Below are positions 20,701 through 30,474 of a stretch of 36,594 bases of DNA, piece after piece. Source of the DNA: Chrysochromulina tobinii. Lineage: Eukaryota. Within the stretch, counting starts at the first letter, position 1. The number at the start of each line of letters is the position of its first letter. A model generated the notes under the pieces. The model made no database searches, was not told where the DNA came from, and saw only the letters and a program-made list of their open reading frames with translations. Made by a program: the position numbers and the translations under genes. The DNA lies in NCBI GenBank assembly GCA_001275005.1, contig JWZX01003104.1, positions 1 to 36,594 of the forward strand, read 5' to 3'.

Positions 20701-22079
20701 TTGTGCTCGCTTTCCGCCTTCTCGAGAGCCTGCTGCTTCTGCTGCTTGACGGTGCTCAGCTGGCGGGCGAGCTCGGCCTCGCGCGCCGCCGCCTGCGCGA
20801 GCAACTCCTGCTCCTCGGCCACCAGCTTCGCGCGCATCACCGCAGCCTTCTCAGCTTCCTTGGCGCTCGCCGCCTTGACAGTCTCGAAACGCTGCTGCGC
20901 GGCCTTCACGTCGGCTTCGAGCTTCGCCTGCAGCTTGAGCGCCTCGGCGAGCTTCGTTTTGTCCTCCCTCTGCTTGGTCATCGCGGTGGCCGCCGCCGCG
21001 GTGGCCTCCGCCGCCGCCGCCTTGGCCACCTTGAGCTCGTCCTGCGTCACCTTGAGTTCCGCCGTCGCCTTGGCCTCGCGCTTGACCGTCACATCGAGCT
21101 TGGCCTTGGTCTCGGCGAGCTTCTTGCTCGAGCCCTCGTCGGATTGGCCGCTCTTCTTGAGGCGATCCTCCGCCTCGCGCAGGCTCTGCTGCATCTGCTC
21201 GAGCTGCCGGCGCAACTGCTTCTCGCGCATCCCCGCCTCCACGAGCTTGGCAGCATCTTGGGCGGGGGCGGCAACCATCGGAGCAGCGGCCGGCTCGAGG
21301 TTGACAACAACCACGCTAGCCTTCTTCGCCCCACCCTTGGAAAGCGCCTCCGCGTCCGCCTTGCCATGCGACGGAGACACCGAGCGCGAGCGTGTCGCCC
21401 CCATCGGCGCCGGGAGTCTCGACGGGACCTCATTGTCGCCGCCCGTGTCCAGGGGCTCTATGCCGCCGTCGCCCGTCATCACGAGGACCGACGGAGGCAT
21501 CGGAGTCCATGAGGCGCCCTCGAGCAGCTCGCCCTCAAGCGAGGCGGTATCCGTCGTGAACGCTTGCTCATCCAGCATGGAGTCATCTGAGAGACGCAAG
21601 TCTCCCCGCTCAAGCTCCGCCGCCCTCTCAGATGTCTCCCACTGCTCAAGCCGACGCGCCTCCTCCCTCAGCGCCTCCTCCCTCAGCGCCTCCTGCTCCT
21701 CTTTCAGCGCCTGCTCCAAAACTGCTGCCTTTTGCTCCTCGGCCTCCCTCATCTCCTCAGCCATGCGGGCCTCCTCCGCAGCGCGTGCAGAACGAGCCTT
21801 CTCGAGAGCCTTGCGCCCCTCATCGGCTAGCGCCTTGGCAAGCCTCGCCTCCTCCTCTGCGACGCGGGCTTCCGCCTCGGCCGCCTCAACATTTTGCTCT
21901 TTCCTCACTTTGCGCGCCTCATGTGTCTCGTGCGGCGGGAGCATAGGCACATGTGGCCGGTGTGGTGAAGCCGACATAGGTGGCGATGAGGGCTGCTGGG
22001 GCACATCATCGACGGAGGGCTCACCGTTCGGTATAATGATGTCGTCGAACTCCATCCTCCCGCTCACGTCAAGTTCCAT
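17781..22079 (-). CDS. Large coiled-coil (myosin-tail-like) protein of unknown function
   Basis: Over 1400-aa uninterrupted ORF rich in A/E/K/Q/L with heptad character and low-complexity termini. Probable start MELDVSGRMEFD at 22079. No motor or ATPase motif seen. Confidence 0.8.
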   Translation of the reverse strand: MELDVSGRMEFDDIIIPNGEPSVDDVPQQPSSPPMSASPHRPHVPMLPPHETHEARKVRKEQNVEAAEAEARVAEEEARLAKALADEGRKALEKARSARAAEEARMAEEMREAEEQKAAVLEQALKEEQEALREEALREEARRLEQWETSERAAELERGDLRLSDDSMLDEQAFTTDTASLEGELLEGASWTPMPPSVLVMTGDGGIEPLDTGGDNEVPSRLPAPMGATRSRSVSPSHGKADAEALSKGGAKKASVVVVNLEPAAAPMVAAPAQDAAKLVEAGMREKQLRRQLEQMQQSLREAEDRLKKSGQSDEGSSKKLAETKAKLDVTVKREAKATAELKVTQDELKVAKAAAAEATAAAATAMTKQREDKTKLAEALKLQAKLEADVKAAQQRFETVKAASAKEAEKAAVMRAKLVAEEQELLAQAAAREAELARQLSTVKQQKQQALEKAESEHKAMELAELKLETVRDEVRAEMTEQMKGINQQLEKTKEELEATKQSAYRDKRTLATLTESLEKTTAKLQETERQVEMLQAGATAVQAQLTKERSNTAQQRDAAQMAQRKQADVEAKYNEALGRQAESAAVLDAMKADLAEARKTAAEDRTAVVRSRKEMEEAKVMLADSEVREASFKSELKGVVSQLEAAEATSLKCREEAEKFREALGQTEAKLKNAGAKADESKKQLETALEQLKALKEASQEQRERASVTAGKLKEAETKLQKEHELLSTLGQTLDETKKELEAKQAELKRRIENAEMTDAKLSEAEAKLVEAARLDKERQQEMLKVQTDLEEALLAGAEARDALAGLVLKEMIPTRSAVLKEAPAAAAGGVAGAPVAYTTSAQMALDELRLKASAMKQEADKERALGEKREERLQGQLKAAQEEREKLKFQLETWRTEAANAQRETAEYKREAAVAVSEAASAKSKAELAEFEITKRETKLKALQSKQQADLDVKVAEKVADIKRDALEKVLEAKLKAAEREEKAADMAREAAELKAKLARKEADLEEGITTAVRARSEVTAAEGRAMAAEQRYATERKDITRIQLEWAIQKEKDEHDKTAATMEAIEAEKNKLERNLLKANSETAAWRQKAGALEMELMTVGKVKDEAVYVATKAERKCAEATSALSGVQEQALQEQQAKMVATVHVAIGLSELKKMELSLEEEQLVAESVMDELSRLLAERDGITVEAAARSVRQLAVQRALEMAKERQAELEKLTVPGEGGKKPPREKGEKKSKAEARLDASKAKIAQAPVSPAPVVRSPLDKGAGGVGVAMVMPSATDKGSANPESQGQPVLADATSKGESKGEGEGDSSPSRLKRLSHKTMADKPEGPESTRGGQGRSAKASGGSSGKAGGSKTKGAAKGGSGAKNGILSNTTSSTSSPKNTERAEPAAVHVQPVLASVREALLEQQVAVAGKAAKSRGHPSQSR

Positions 22080-22400
22080 CCTGCCGCACCAAACGGACCG
22101 TCGTACGTGTCGTTTTGGGCCTCCTGGGACCAGGGACCCTGTGGGTGCGAGAGAAGAAGTTTTTGGTGAGAGAGAGAGATCTGTTTTGGAAACCAAAATT
22201 GAACAAGTTTGGAACAGAAAAGTTCTCCGTCGTTTCAGTTGCATGCGAATGTGTGCGACCCCACGGTGGGGTCGTGGCACGGGACGTGGCGAGGCCTCTG
22301 GCTCGCGTGCCGACGTGGGGTCCTGGTGGGTGCGTGAGTCTCTCCGGTCGAGACTCAGCGAGCGCCACGACGAGCGCTGTCACGTCCTTAGTTGCCGCCC

Positions 22401-23740
22401 TTACGCTTTACCAAGATCATGCGAGCCGAATACCTGGTTGAGCTGCTGCGTGACGCGAATGAAAGTGGTCCTGCGCGGCACCTCCTCGAGCGTGGCTGCG
22501 CCGATGTAGGTGCACGCGGAGCGCAGTCCGCCGAGCAGGTCGAGGACAATCGCCGCCGCAGGGCCCTTGTAGGGCACCTCAACGGTCTTGCCCTCGGACG
22601 AACGGTACTCGGCCACTCCGCCCGCATGCTTCTTCATCGCCGTGTTCGAAGACATGCCGTAGAACTGCTTGAACTTCTGGCCGTTCCGCTCGACGATTGC
22701 GCCAGCAGCCTCGTCGCAGCCGGCCCATATGCCGCCCATCATGATGAAGTCGCTGCCGCCGCCAAATGCCTTGGCGGCGTCACCCGGGCACGTGATGCCG
22801 CCGTCGGCACACACGTAGCCGCCGAGCCCATGCGCCGCGTCTGCGCATTCGATAACGGCCGACAGCTGTGGATAGCCCACGCCCGTCTGCTTTCGCGTCG
22901 TGCACACCGAGCCAGGGCCAATGCCCACCTTGACGATGTCTGCGCCGTGCATGATCAGCTCTTCGGTCACTGGAAAAGCCCGCAGTCACCCACCATGGTG
23001 TACGTGATTCGAGGTCAACACGTCAACAAGCAAGCCATCAGACATCGTATCGTTCGAGACGCACTTTCGTTGGTGACAACGTTGCCCGCTATGATGGTGT
23101 GCTGCGGCCACTTCTCGCGCACAGTCTTGACGGCGGAGACGAAGAACTCCGAGTAGCCGTTGGCAACGTCCAGACAGATGAAGGTGACGCCCGGGCAGGT
23201 CGACAGGATGGCGTCGCTGCGAGTTTGGGATTCGGCCACCGGTCAGTGACGAGGAGATGGCGATTTGGGCTACCAGGGGAATGAGCTTTGCCATCATATC
23301 GAGATCGCAGCGTACAGCTTGCTCATGTCGTTTGCCGAAGTTCCGGCAGACACGGCCACGTATGGGACCGCCTGCGGCTGCTCGGCTGCAAACTGCTTCC
23401 ACTCGTCAACAGTATAGTGCTTGTGGATGGCGACGATGCAGTGATGCTTGGCCATCTCGGTCGCCATGGTGAAGGTGCCGACGGTGTCCATGTTTGCCAC
23501 GATCATAGGCGTGCCAGTCCACGAGCGTTTCGAGTGTCGGAAGTGGAACGTGCGGTCGAGGGAAACCTCCGATCGCGACCGCAGCGTCGAGCGCTTTGGC
23601 CTTAGGAGCACGTCCTTGTAATCGAGCTTCACTTCCTCCTCAATGCGCATGCAGCTGGCGACGCCACCGGCGAAGAAAGCACCGGCCGTCGCCACGGCCG
23701 CCGCCCTCGGGAGCGAGCTTCGCAGAAGTGCGCTGAACAT
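22401..23740 (-). CDS. GMPR: GMP reductase (3 exons: 23740-23316, 23216-23065, 22969-22401)
   Basis: [54 protein letters not shown] (catalytic Cys), [29 protein letters not shown] introns of 99 and 95 nt restore KLDAIL and NEMTEEL in frame. Confidence 0.95.
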
Positions 23741-23937
23741 GTCGCGCTCAATGTGCGACTTCTAACATTCGTGAAGGACGGCAATCGCGGCGACGGCTTT
23801 AGATTCACACTCGTGGTGGGTGTGAATGGTGGGTGTGCAGTACTTTGAGCGGCCTGGGGCGAAACGACGTCCCGTCGATTCAAATTCACAAGACGCTTCT
23901 TTTCCCCGACGAGGACAATTCGCGGAACCCTGGGGTC

Positions 23938-24795
23938 ATGCGGAACGCGCGACTCACGTCGCTGCGGCTGGCTCGCAGCAGCAGCAGCCGGATGCTGCCG
24001 CGCACGACGGTGGCTGCGATGAGTACGAGCGCAGACGGCAGCTCCGCGCTTAGTGTCGCAGCGCAGCGCTTGCGCAGTCCAGTGACGTGGATCTCAGCGA
24101 GCGCCACGCTCGGTGCACTCTATGGCCTTTACCAGTTCCAGTATACGCGGCAGCTGACAACGCAGCGAATGGCAGGCAGGCCCGATCTCGGCGGCGACTT
24201 TGCGCTCGTGGATTGGGATGGCAAGCCCGTGAGCAGCAAAGACCTCGTTGGCAAGTGGGTGCTTCTATACTTTGGGTTCACCAAATGTCCCGACATCTGT
24301 CCAGACGAGCTGCACAAGGTCACGGCCGTGCTCAAGCGCCTGGAAAACCAAGGTCAGTCGATCCAGCCAGTCTTCATCACTATCGACCCGACACGAGACA
24401 CGAAGGCACGCCTCAAATCTTACTTTGAGACAGCTGGCTTCCATCCACGCTTCATTGCGCTCACGGGCGACGACGCGGCGGTGAAAAAGGCTTGCAGAGC
24501 GTACCGTGTCTACTTCACGAAGCCCACTCCAGAAGAGATTAAGCGCGGTGACTACCTGCTCGACCACTCGATCATCTCCTACCTGGTCGACCCGGAGGGC
24601 GAGTTTGCCGATTACTACGGAAAGAGCCTTACCGAGGACGAGATGTTCACACGTGTGGGCAAGCTGATGGGCGACTGGGAGCGCCAGAAGTGGTGGGACA
24701 GCGTCCTGCCCGCATTTATGGCGACGCCGCAGATGACCGAGGGTCAGAAGAGGGCGGCAGAGGCTGCTAAGCCCGGCAACCGGAGCGCGGCGTGA
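23938..24795 (+). CDS. SCO1: SCO1/SenC cytochrome c oxidase copper chaperone, mitochondrial
   Basis: LGGDFALVD, YFGFTKCPDICPDEL (CxxxC), FITIDPTRD, YLLDHS (Cu-binding His). R/S-rich presequence and one hydrophobic segment. Confidence 0.93.
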   Translation: MRNARLTSLRLARSSSSRMLPRTTVAAMSTSADGSSALSVAAQRLRSPVTWISASATLGALYGLYQFQYTRQLTTQRMAGRPDLGGDFALVDWDGKPVSSKDLVGKWVLLYFGFTKCPDICPDELHKVTAVLKRLENQGQSIQPVFITIDPTRDTKARLKSYFETAGFHPRFIALTGDDAAVKKACRAYRVYFTKPTPEEIKRGDYLLDHSIISYLVDPEGEFADYYGKSLTEDEMFTRVGKLMGDWERQKWWDSVLPAFMATPQMTEGQKRAAEAAKPGNRSAA

Positions 24796-25288
24796 GAGAT
24801 GGCAAGTGACGCTAGCTTCACAGTCACGGATGCGGCTGCGAGCGCCAAGCGGCCATTTGGTACGCGCGGCCGTGTGCGATCATGCATGCTGCATGCTGCA
24901 TGCGCGCCCATCCACCGTAGTCAGTGCATGATTGCTCCCATGGGGTGCAGGTGCGCACGAGATGAACCGACTGGATGACACGCGGCGTGATCGGTGCCGC
25001 GACGTGTCGCGTGCGTAAACGCTCGTCGGTCACGGCGGCGCACACGACTGTCTGTCCACGTATGGTTTGCGTTTCCTTTCGTTTCGTCACACTGAATAAA
25101 ATTCGCATCACCCGGGCGACGAAGCGGGCGCGTTCGCGCGGCGCCGGCGTGCGCGCGTCATGCACCGCCGCGATGAGCCATGAGGCCAATTGCCGTGCAT
25201 GAAAGGCTTGAGGCGGATGCGGCCGGCGGTCTCCACCGGCAACCAGACCGCGGGCCGCGCCATACGCGTGGCGTCGTCGCGTGGTACT

Positions 25289-25575
25289 CACCCGGATGCC
25301 GACGTGTAACGATGTACGAGTCCTCGACGGAAACGGCGCTCGGCGGTCCTCCGAGGGACAAACGCCGGATCGACCGGTTACCCCGGGTTAGTATCACAAC
25401 ATAAGTACAAGCTACAAATCACCGGCTGCGGCTCCCGGATCTCACGTTATTTCTTGCCCGCGGCCGAAAAAGTCGAACGCGCGGCGGCGCCGGAAACGTC
25501 GTATTAACTCGTACGATACCGGAACGCGAAAGGCGACATCGAATTATGAAAAAAAAAAATAACACCCGGATGCCG
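25289..25575 (+). mobile_element. Putative short retroposed insertion (A-tail plus 13-bp flanking direct repeat)
   Basis: CACCCGGATGCCG at 25289-25301 and 25563-25575; an A11 run at 25549-25559 just before the second copy. No ORF or clear Pol III boxes. Confidence 0.4.
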
Positions 25576-25663
25576 TTTCTTGCACCTTTGACCTTATGGA
25601 AGCCGGACCCCTTTTGGCAGCACGTTCTACAGTGTATCGGCGCAGCGCTCTAAACCAAGAACC

Positions 25664-26797
25664 TCAGTCAGGAGCAGGAGTCAGCTGGAGGTGTGACGCC
25701 GTGGGCGTAGCGTGCACCGTTGAGAGGTATCTCTGGCCGCCGTCGCAGAGCACGGTAACAATGGTGTGGCCCGGTCCCAACTTGCGCGCCGCCCGCACTG
25801 CGCCAACGCAGTTCATGCCCGCCGAAGCACCGACGAAAAGGCCCTCCGCGTGCAGCAGGTGGCGCGCCATTGCCACCGACTCGTCGTCCGGCACCTTGAA
25901 CGCGTCATCGACGCAGGCGGCTTCAAAATTGCGGGTCACCCGATCGCAACCCACTCCCTCCATGATCGTGTCGTACCGATGTCGTCTTGCCGTCCGCTCC
26001 TGCTGCTGCGACGTGTAGAGCACGCCGTGCGCCACACGATGATAGAGCGCCGAGCCCGGAGGGTCGGCAAGGAAGACGCGTACAGAAGGCCGGCGCGCCT
26101 TGAGGTAGCGAGAAACTCCTGCGAGTGTGCCGCCGGTACCCGCGCCCATAACGAATGCGTCGACACGCCCGTGGGTCTGCTCCCAGATCTCGCGGCCCGT
26201 CCCAGCCTCGTGCGCGCGCAGGTTGGCCAGGTTGTCGAACTGATCGCAAAAGATGGAGCCCTCACCGAGCTCGGCGGCGCGACGGCGTGCGACGTTGACT
26301 GGGTGGTCCGGATCAGCGATGGATGCGGGTCTCACCACCTCGAGGCGTGCTCCGAGCGCGCGGATGAGCCGCAGCTTCTCGGGGCTCGTGTCGTCTGCCG
26401 CAACCAAGAGGCACTTGTAGCCACATGCCCGGGCAACGAGCGCGAGCGACACGCCCGTGGAGCCCGCGGTCGCTTCGACGACGGTGCCGCCTGGATGCAG
26501 CTTGCCGGATGCCTCGGCCTCACGCACCATTGCAAGCGCCACGCGGTCTTTGCTGCTGCCGCCTGGATTGAGGAACTCAGCCTTTGCAAGGATCTCGCAA
26601 CCCGTCGCAGCCGAGAGTGAGTGCAGCCGGATGAGCGGCGTGCCGCCGATGAGGTCGAGTACGCTCGCCTGCACGGCCGAGGAAGCGTGGGCCGGTCGCC
26701 GCGTGCGTCGCAGCAGCAGCAGCAAAAATCCTATGCCGACGCAGACCGCTGCGTTCAACGCTGCGGAGCTGCGTTGAACGCTGGTATAGAGCGCCAT
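25664..26797 (-). CDS. Cysteine synthase-like PLP enzyme (O-acetylserine sulfhydrylase family) with N-terminal membrane anchor
   Basis: LIGGTPL, AKAEFLNPGGSSKDR (PLP Lys), EATAGSTG, DQFDN, GAGTGGT, EGLFVGASAG, TVLCDGGQRY. Hydrophobic AVCVGIGFLLLLL near the N-terminus. Confidence 0.92.
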   Translation of the reverse strand: MALYTSVQRSSAALNAAVCVGIGFLLLLLRRTRRPAHASSAVQASVLDLIGGTPLIRLHSLSAATGCEILAKAEFLNPGGSSKDRVALAMVREAEASGKLHPGGTVVEATAGSTGVSLALVARACGYKCLLVAADDTSPEKLRLIRALGARLEVVRPASIADPDHPVNVARRRAAELGEGSIFCDQFDNLANLRAHEAGTGREIWEQTHGRVDAFVMGAGTGGTLAGVSRYLKARRPSVRVFLADPPGSALYHRVAHGVLYTSQQQERTARRHRYDTIMEGVGCDRVTRNFEAACVDDAFKVPDDESVAMARHLLHAEGLFVGASAGMNCVGAVRAARKLGPGHTIVTVLCDGGQRYLSTVHATPTASHLQLTPAPD

Positions 26798-26993
26798 CGC
26801 GGGTCGGCTGTGAAAATGAAAGGACCGGTATACCGGTAAAAAGACACCGGCTGACTTATCTTTGCAAGCTGATAGATGTCCAGGCGAATGTGAGGATAGC
26901 TTTGTTGGGGCACTAAATGAATCTCCAATTTCAGTTTGGAAACGCAAGATTCCGCAATGCAGGGTTGGTCTGTGGTCTTGTCGTAAGCCAACA

Positions 26994-27629
26994 ATGTTAT
27001 CGTGGGCCGTGATCGCAGTGGCCGGCGCGACGACAAGCGTGCCCGCATGGGCGAGGCGCACCACGCCAGCGGTGATGCTCTTGGGTAAGCGGGCGCCGCC
27101 CGAGATTTACCAGAAGCTCAAGCCGACCAACTCTGGGACTGGCAGAGGGCTCGCGTCTGTGAGTGAGATCGACGCCATTTGGAGTGCGTTCGAATCAGCG
27201 TATGGCAGTAGAGACCGAGCTCTTGAGGCCAGCCGCAGGAACTCGCAGGTACTGCTTCCCTTTATCAACAGACCGTCTACAATCTCGGGTGCACATGCCG
27301 TTCTGGTCCAACTGTTCGGGAAGGCAGGTGCGCTAGACATCATCACCAAGAATCCAGGCGTGCTCGCTTGTAATCCCGCGTCACTCGCACGGGCGTCCAA
27401 GCAGGACATCATAAATGCCGCCAACCTTGTGAATTCGATCGACACGGTGCCTCCGAACATCAAGTCTGGCATTCCCTTCCTAACGCTCCTGGCCATCGTG
27501 GGGGCCGTCGGCACTCGGCTCGTTCAGTGCGGCGGTGGCGGCGTTTGTGGCACTGCAGCAGAATGGGACCTCCAGGGCGGCCTTGGCCCTTCTTTTGTGC
27601 GGGCAGTCTCGGGGTTGATGTCGGGTTGA
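26994..27629 (+). CDS. Hypothetical protein, probably plastid-targeted
   Basis: ATG 26994 begins a signal-peptide-like MLSWAVIAVAGA, then an R/T/P-rich transit-like stretch. Globular body (IITKNPGVLACNP) and a C-terminal hydrophobic helix. Confidence 0.65.
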   Translation: MLSWAVIAVAGATTSVPAWARRTTPAVMLLGKRAPPEIYQKLKPTNSGTGRGLASVSEIDAIWSAFESAYGSRDRALEASRRNSQVLLPFINRPSTISGAHAVLVQLFGKAGALDIITKNPGVLACNPASLARASKQDIINAANLVNSIDTVPPNIKSGIPFLTLLAIVGAVGTRLVQCGGGGVCGTAAEWDLQGGLGPSFVRAVSGLMSG

Positions 27630-27967
27630 TCATTCATGCACGGAGCACGGTTCTACCGAGTACCGAGTACCGAGTGCGGGTCCGTTGCACACTTGCAGGT
27701 TGCAGCTTGTGGTGAATAAGAGCTCTGAGCTGATGCCACAAGCACTAGCATCAGATATGCGCACAGATCGGCTTATGTTTGCCGGCGAGCAGTCTCTACT
27801 AGGTAGTCTCAAAATGCGTGATCCGTATTGCTGTGGTGCCGTTCACGTGTTGTGCGTTAGAAGTCACACAGAGCCGTAGCGCCGGTTGTCGCGTCTGTCG
27901 GGTTAACGTTCACACAGACACATATTCACATTCACACTGAGCGTGTTTTCAGATAGTAAGTCTCGTC

Positions 27968-29990
27968 ATGGAGCCCGTGATGGATCCATCGGCGTGCAGC
28001 ATCTGCGGCCGCTGGATCCGGCGGTGCAAATGCAGTGCCAACGGCGGTGCAAATGCATTTGCGGCCGCAGATGAGTCCAGTCAACGCACCAGCGATATGT
28101 TCGGCTCTCTACCGCACGACGTGACTCTGCTGCTATGGTCGCGCTGCTCCTTGAGTGCGTTGGGTTGCCTTGCGTGCACGTCAAAGCAACTGCGTCAAGG
28201 TCTGTACACGCGCGAAGTGTGGGAGGCCCTGCGCAAGACGTGGGCTGGTGGGCCGCTCGACGAACCGCCGGCAGGCGTGAGCACGCGCACGGCCGTGCGT
28301 GCGGCGATCGAGATAGAGCGTCGGTGGCGCGCGCCAGGGTCGTGGACTCAGAGTGCTTTGCCACAGCACCGCTGCCGCGCGAATGAGAAGATAGGCGAAG
28401 TGCTGGGTGCGGACTTGCTCTCCGATGGGAGGCGCGTCGTCGTGAGCGGGCGCATGCCAGCCTTGCTGCAAGTGTGGTCGTTGGCCCGCTCATCCTCGCA
28501 CATGCTCACACATTGCCTGCGCGGGCGCACGTACGTGAACGGTCTCGAACCCGGTTCCCATGCGCCTAACACTCCTCTGTCCTCAGCTTTGCTTACCCAC
28601 CGGTGATGGGGAGCGAGTCGCGAATTTTCACAGGTGCGACCTCTTCTACTCTCTCTTGCTTCCGCCGCTGCCTGGCAGTGCGTCTGGCGGTCGAGCGCTC
28701 TCGCAGGACGTGCGTCGCACCAAGGCAGTTCTCTGGCTGTGGAATGATGTGCCCGCGGCTGGCCGCGCTGCAGTGGCGGCTGCGCCGCAGAAGCTGCTGC
28801 TGGCGGGCTCCTCGACTCGAGTACTGAGCTGCGCCGTGTGCGCCGCCACCTCAATCCTCGCCAGCACGGATGAGGAAGGCAACGTCTACCTCTTTGCGAT
28901 TGGCGCGCCGACTGCGGCGCTCATCGGGTGCCATCGCGTCGGTTCACCGCTCGAGTGCCTGCGGATGACACTCGAGGAGGCCTCGTTGGTGCTCTTGTGC
29001 GGCGCGAGGGATGGCACGATCAAGCTGCTGCTACGCTCGAACGATTGCGATGCCTCTGCGAGCCCAGCTTCACCATTAGGAACCGAGACGCGTGAGGCCA
29101 GCCCACTGCTGCCAGAGCCTGCTGCCGAGGGTGATGTCTCCCTGGCGAAGGCGCCAACATTGGAAGCACTGCCGCTGCCGCTGCCGCTTGCGCTTCTCGC
29201 CGAAAGCACCACGCCTGGGCATTCTGACTGGGTGACGCAGATCGCCCTCCGCCCTCAGCATTTCGACAGGAAAGCCGATGCCAAGGGAACGGCTCGCGAG
29301 GAGGGCATGGGCCTCTTCTGCTCAGCTTCTCGTGATCATTCGGTGCGTGTTTGGCACGTGGACGTCCACTCGCGCACTGCCCCGTCCATTCGGGTCCACT
29401 GCCTCCATGTGCTCCATGGCCACGCGAGGTGGGTCACTGGGTTGGCTATCGGTGCAGCACGGGCACATTTGTGCTCACCGGCCGATCCGATCGGCGCCCA
29501 TGGACACCCGCTCACCACCGCGGATGACGACAACAGACCCATCCCATTTGTCGTGAGCGCCTCGGCAGATGGCACGCTGCGTGTGTGGCGCCTAACCGAC
29601 GGCGTGTGTCTCGGAGTGCTCGAAGGCCACACACGATCAGTAACCGACCTCGATCTCCGTGGTGCTCGAGTGCTCTCTGCTTCCATGGACGGCACGATAC
29701 GCAGCTGGGAGTTGGCGCCGCTCTTGATCGATCAGCGGACCTTTTCTCGCCGCCCCGACGCGAATGCCGTTGCATCCGATGGGCCAGCAGCCCAAGGTCA
29801 GGAGGGAGACGAAGTCAGAGACGTAGAGCGCATCCATCGCGTGAGCCACCACCTCTGCATGCGAGGCCACGACGACTTCGTAAGGACATGCCGCTTTGAC
29901 CAGCGGCGCGTCGTGAGCGCCTCGGATGACAACAAGGTACTAGTCTGGGCTTTCGATAGCGCCGTGATGCCAGGAGCGAGTTGGTCATAG
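27968..29990 (+). CDS. F-box and WD40-repeat protein (2 exons: 27968-28530, 28634-29990)
   Basis: F-box-like FGSLPHDVTLLLWSRCSLSALGCLACTSKQL. WD repeats GHSDWV..SASRDHSVRVW, GHARWV..SASADGTLRVW, GHTRSV..SASMDGTIRSW, GHDDFV..SASDDNKVLVW. A 103-nt phase-2 intron GTACGT...TCACAG joins the frames. Confidence 0.85.
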
Positions 29991-30474
29991 GACATAGGCC
30001 CAATACACCGCACAGTATAGAGGCGATAGATGCCCCTGGTCGCTGGCTGGTGCCGAGAGCGCTGATCGTGTGTTTGACCAGAGCATCAGGATCGCTGGTG
30101 AGCGTCGAGACGAGATAGGAGTGATCGGCGTGAACGACAAAAGAACCGAACTAAGTTAGGCATGCGTCGTGTTACGTAGTCGATCGCTCGGCTCGAGCGA
30201 GACAGTAGTTACTAGATTCTTAGTCTGAAGTCTTTACTTGGTAGTTGCGAGAGATTAGTAGTTACCAACTCCAGTCTCCGTTATATACCGTGCTCCTGCA
30301 AGACCGCCCTTCCCGCGCGACCGTCGACGTGAACGGCCAGCCCGGAGCGGGCGATGCGCGTAACAGAGCTCGGAGAGCACGTGCGGTGAGAGCAGAGCGT
30401 GACACCTAAGACCTAGCACGACCCTTCACCTCGCGCGCAGGCATATCCGTGTCTCGCGAGTGTTCGTAAGAGTA

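Noticed and set aside
20353..22509. 718-aa and other long Ser/Ala/Leu-rich plus-strand ORFs over 17518-22509
   Set aside because: Antisense shadows of the GC-rich coiled-coil gene.
28560..28633. Alternative acceptor CCTCAG near 28586 for the F-box/WD40 intron
   Set aside because: Possible, but GTACGT...TTTTCACAG gives a better donor, matching phase and a 103-nt length like the other introns.
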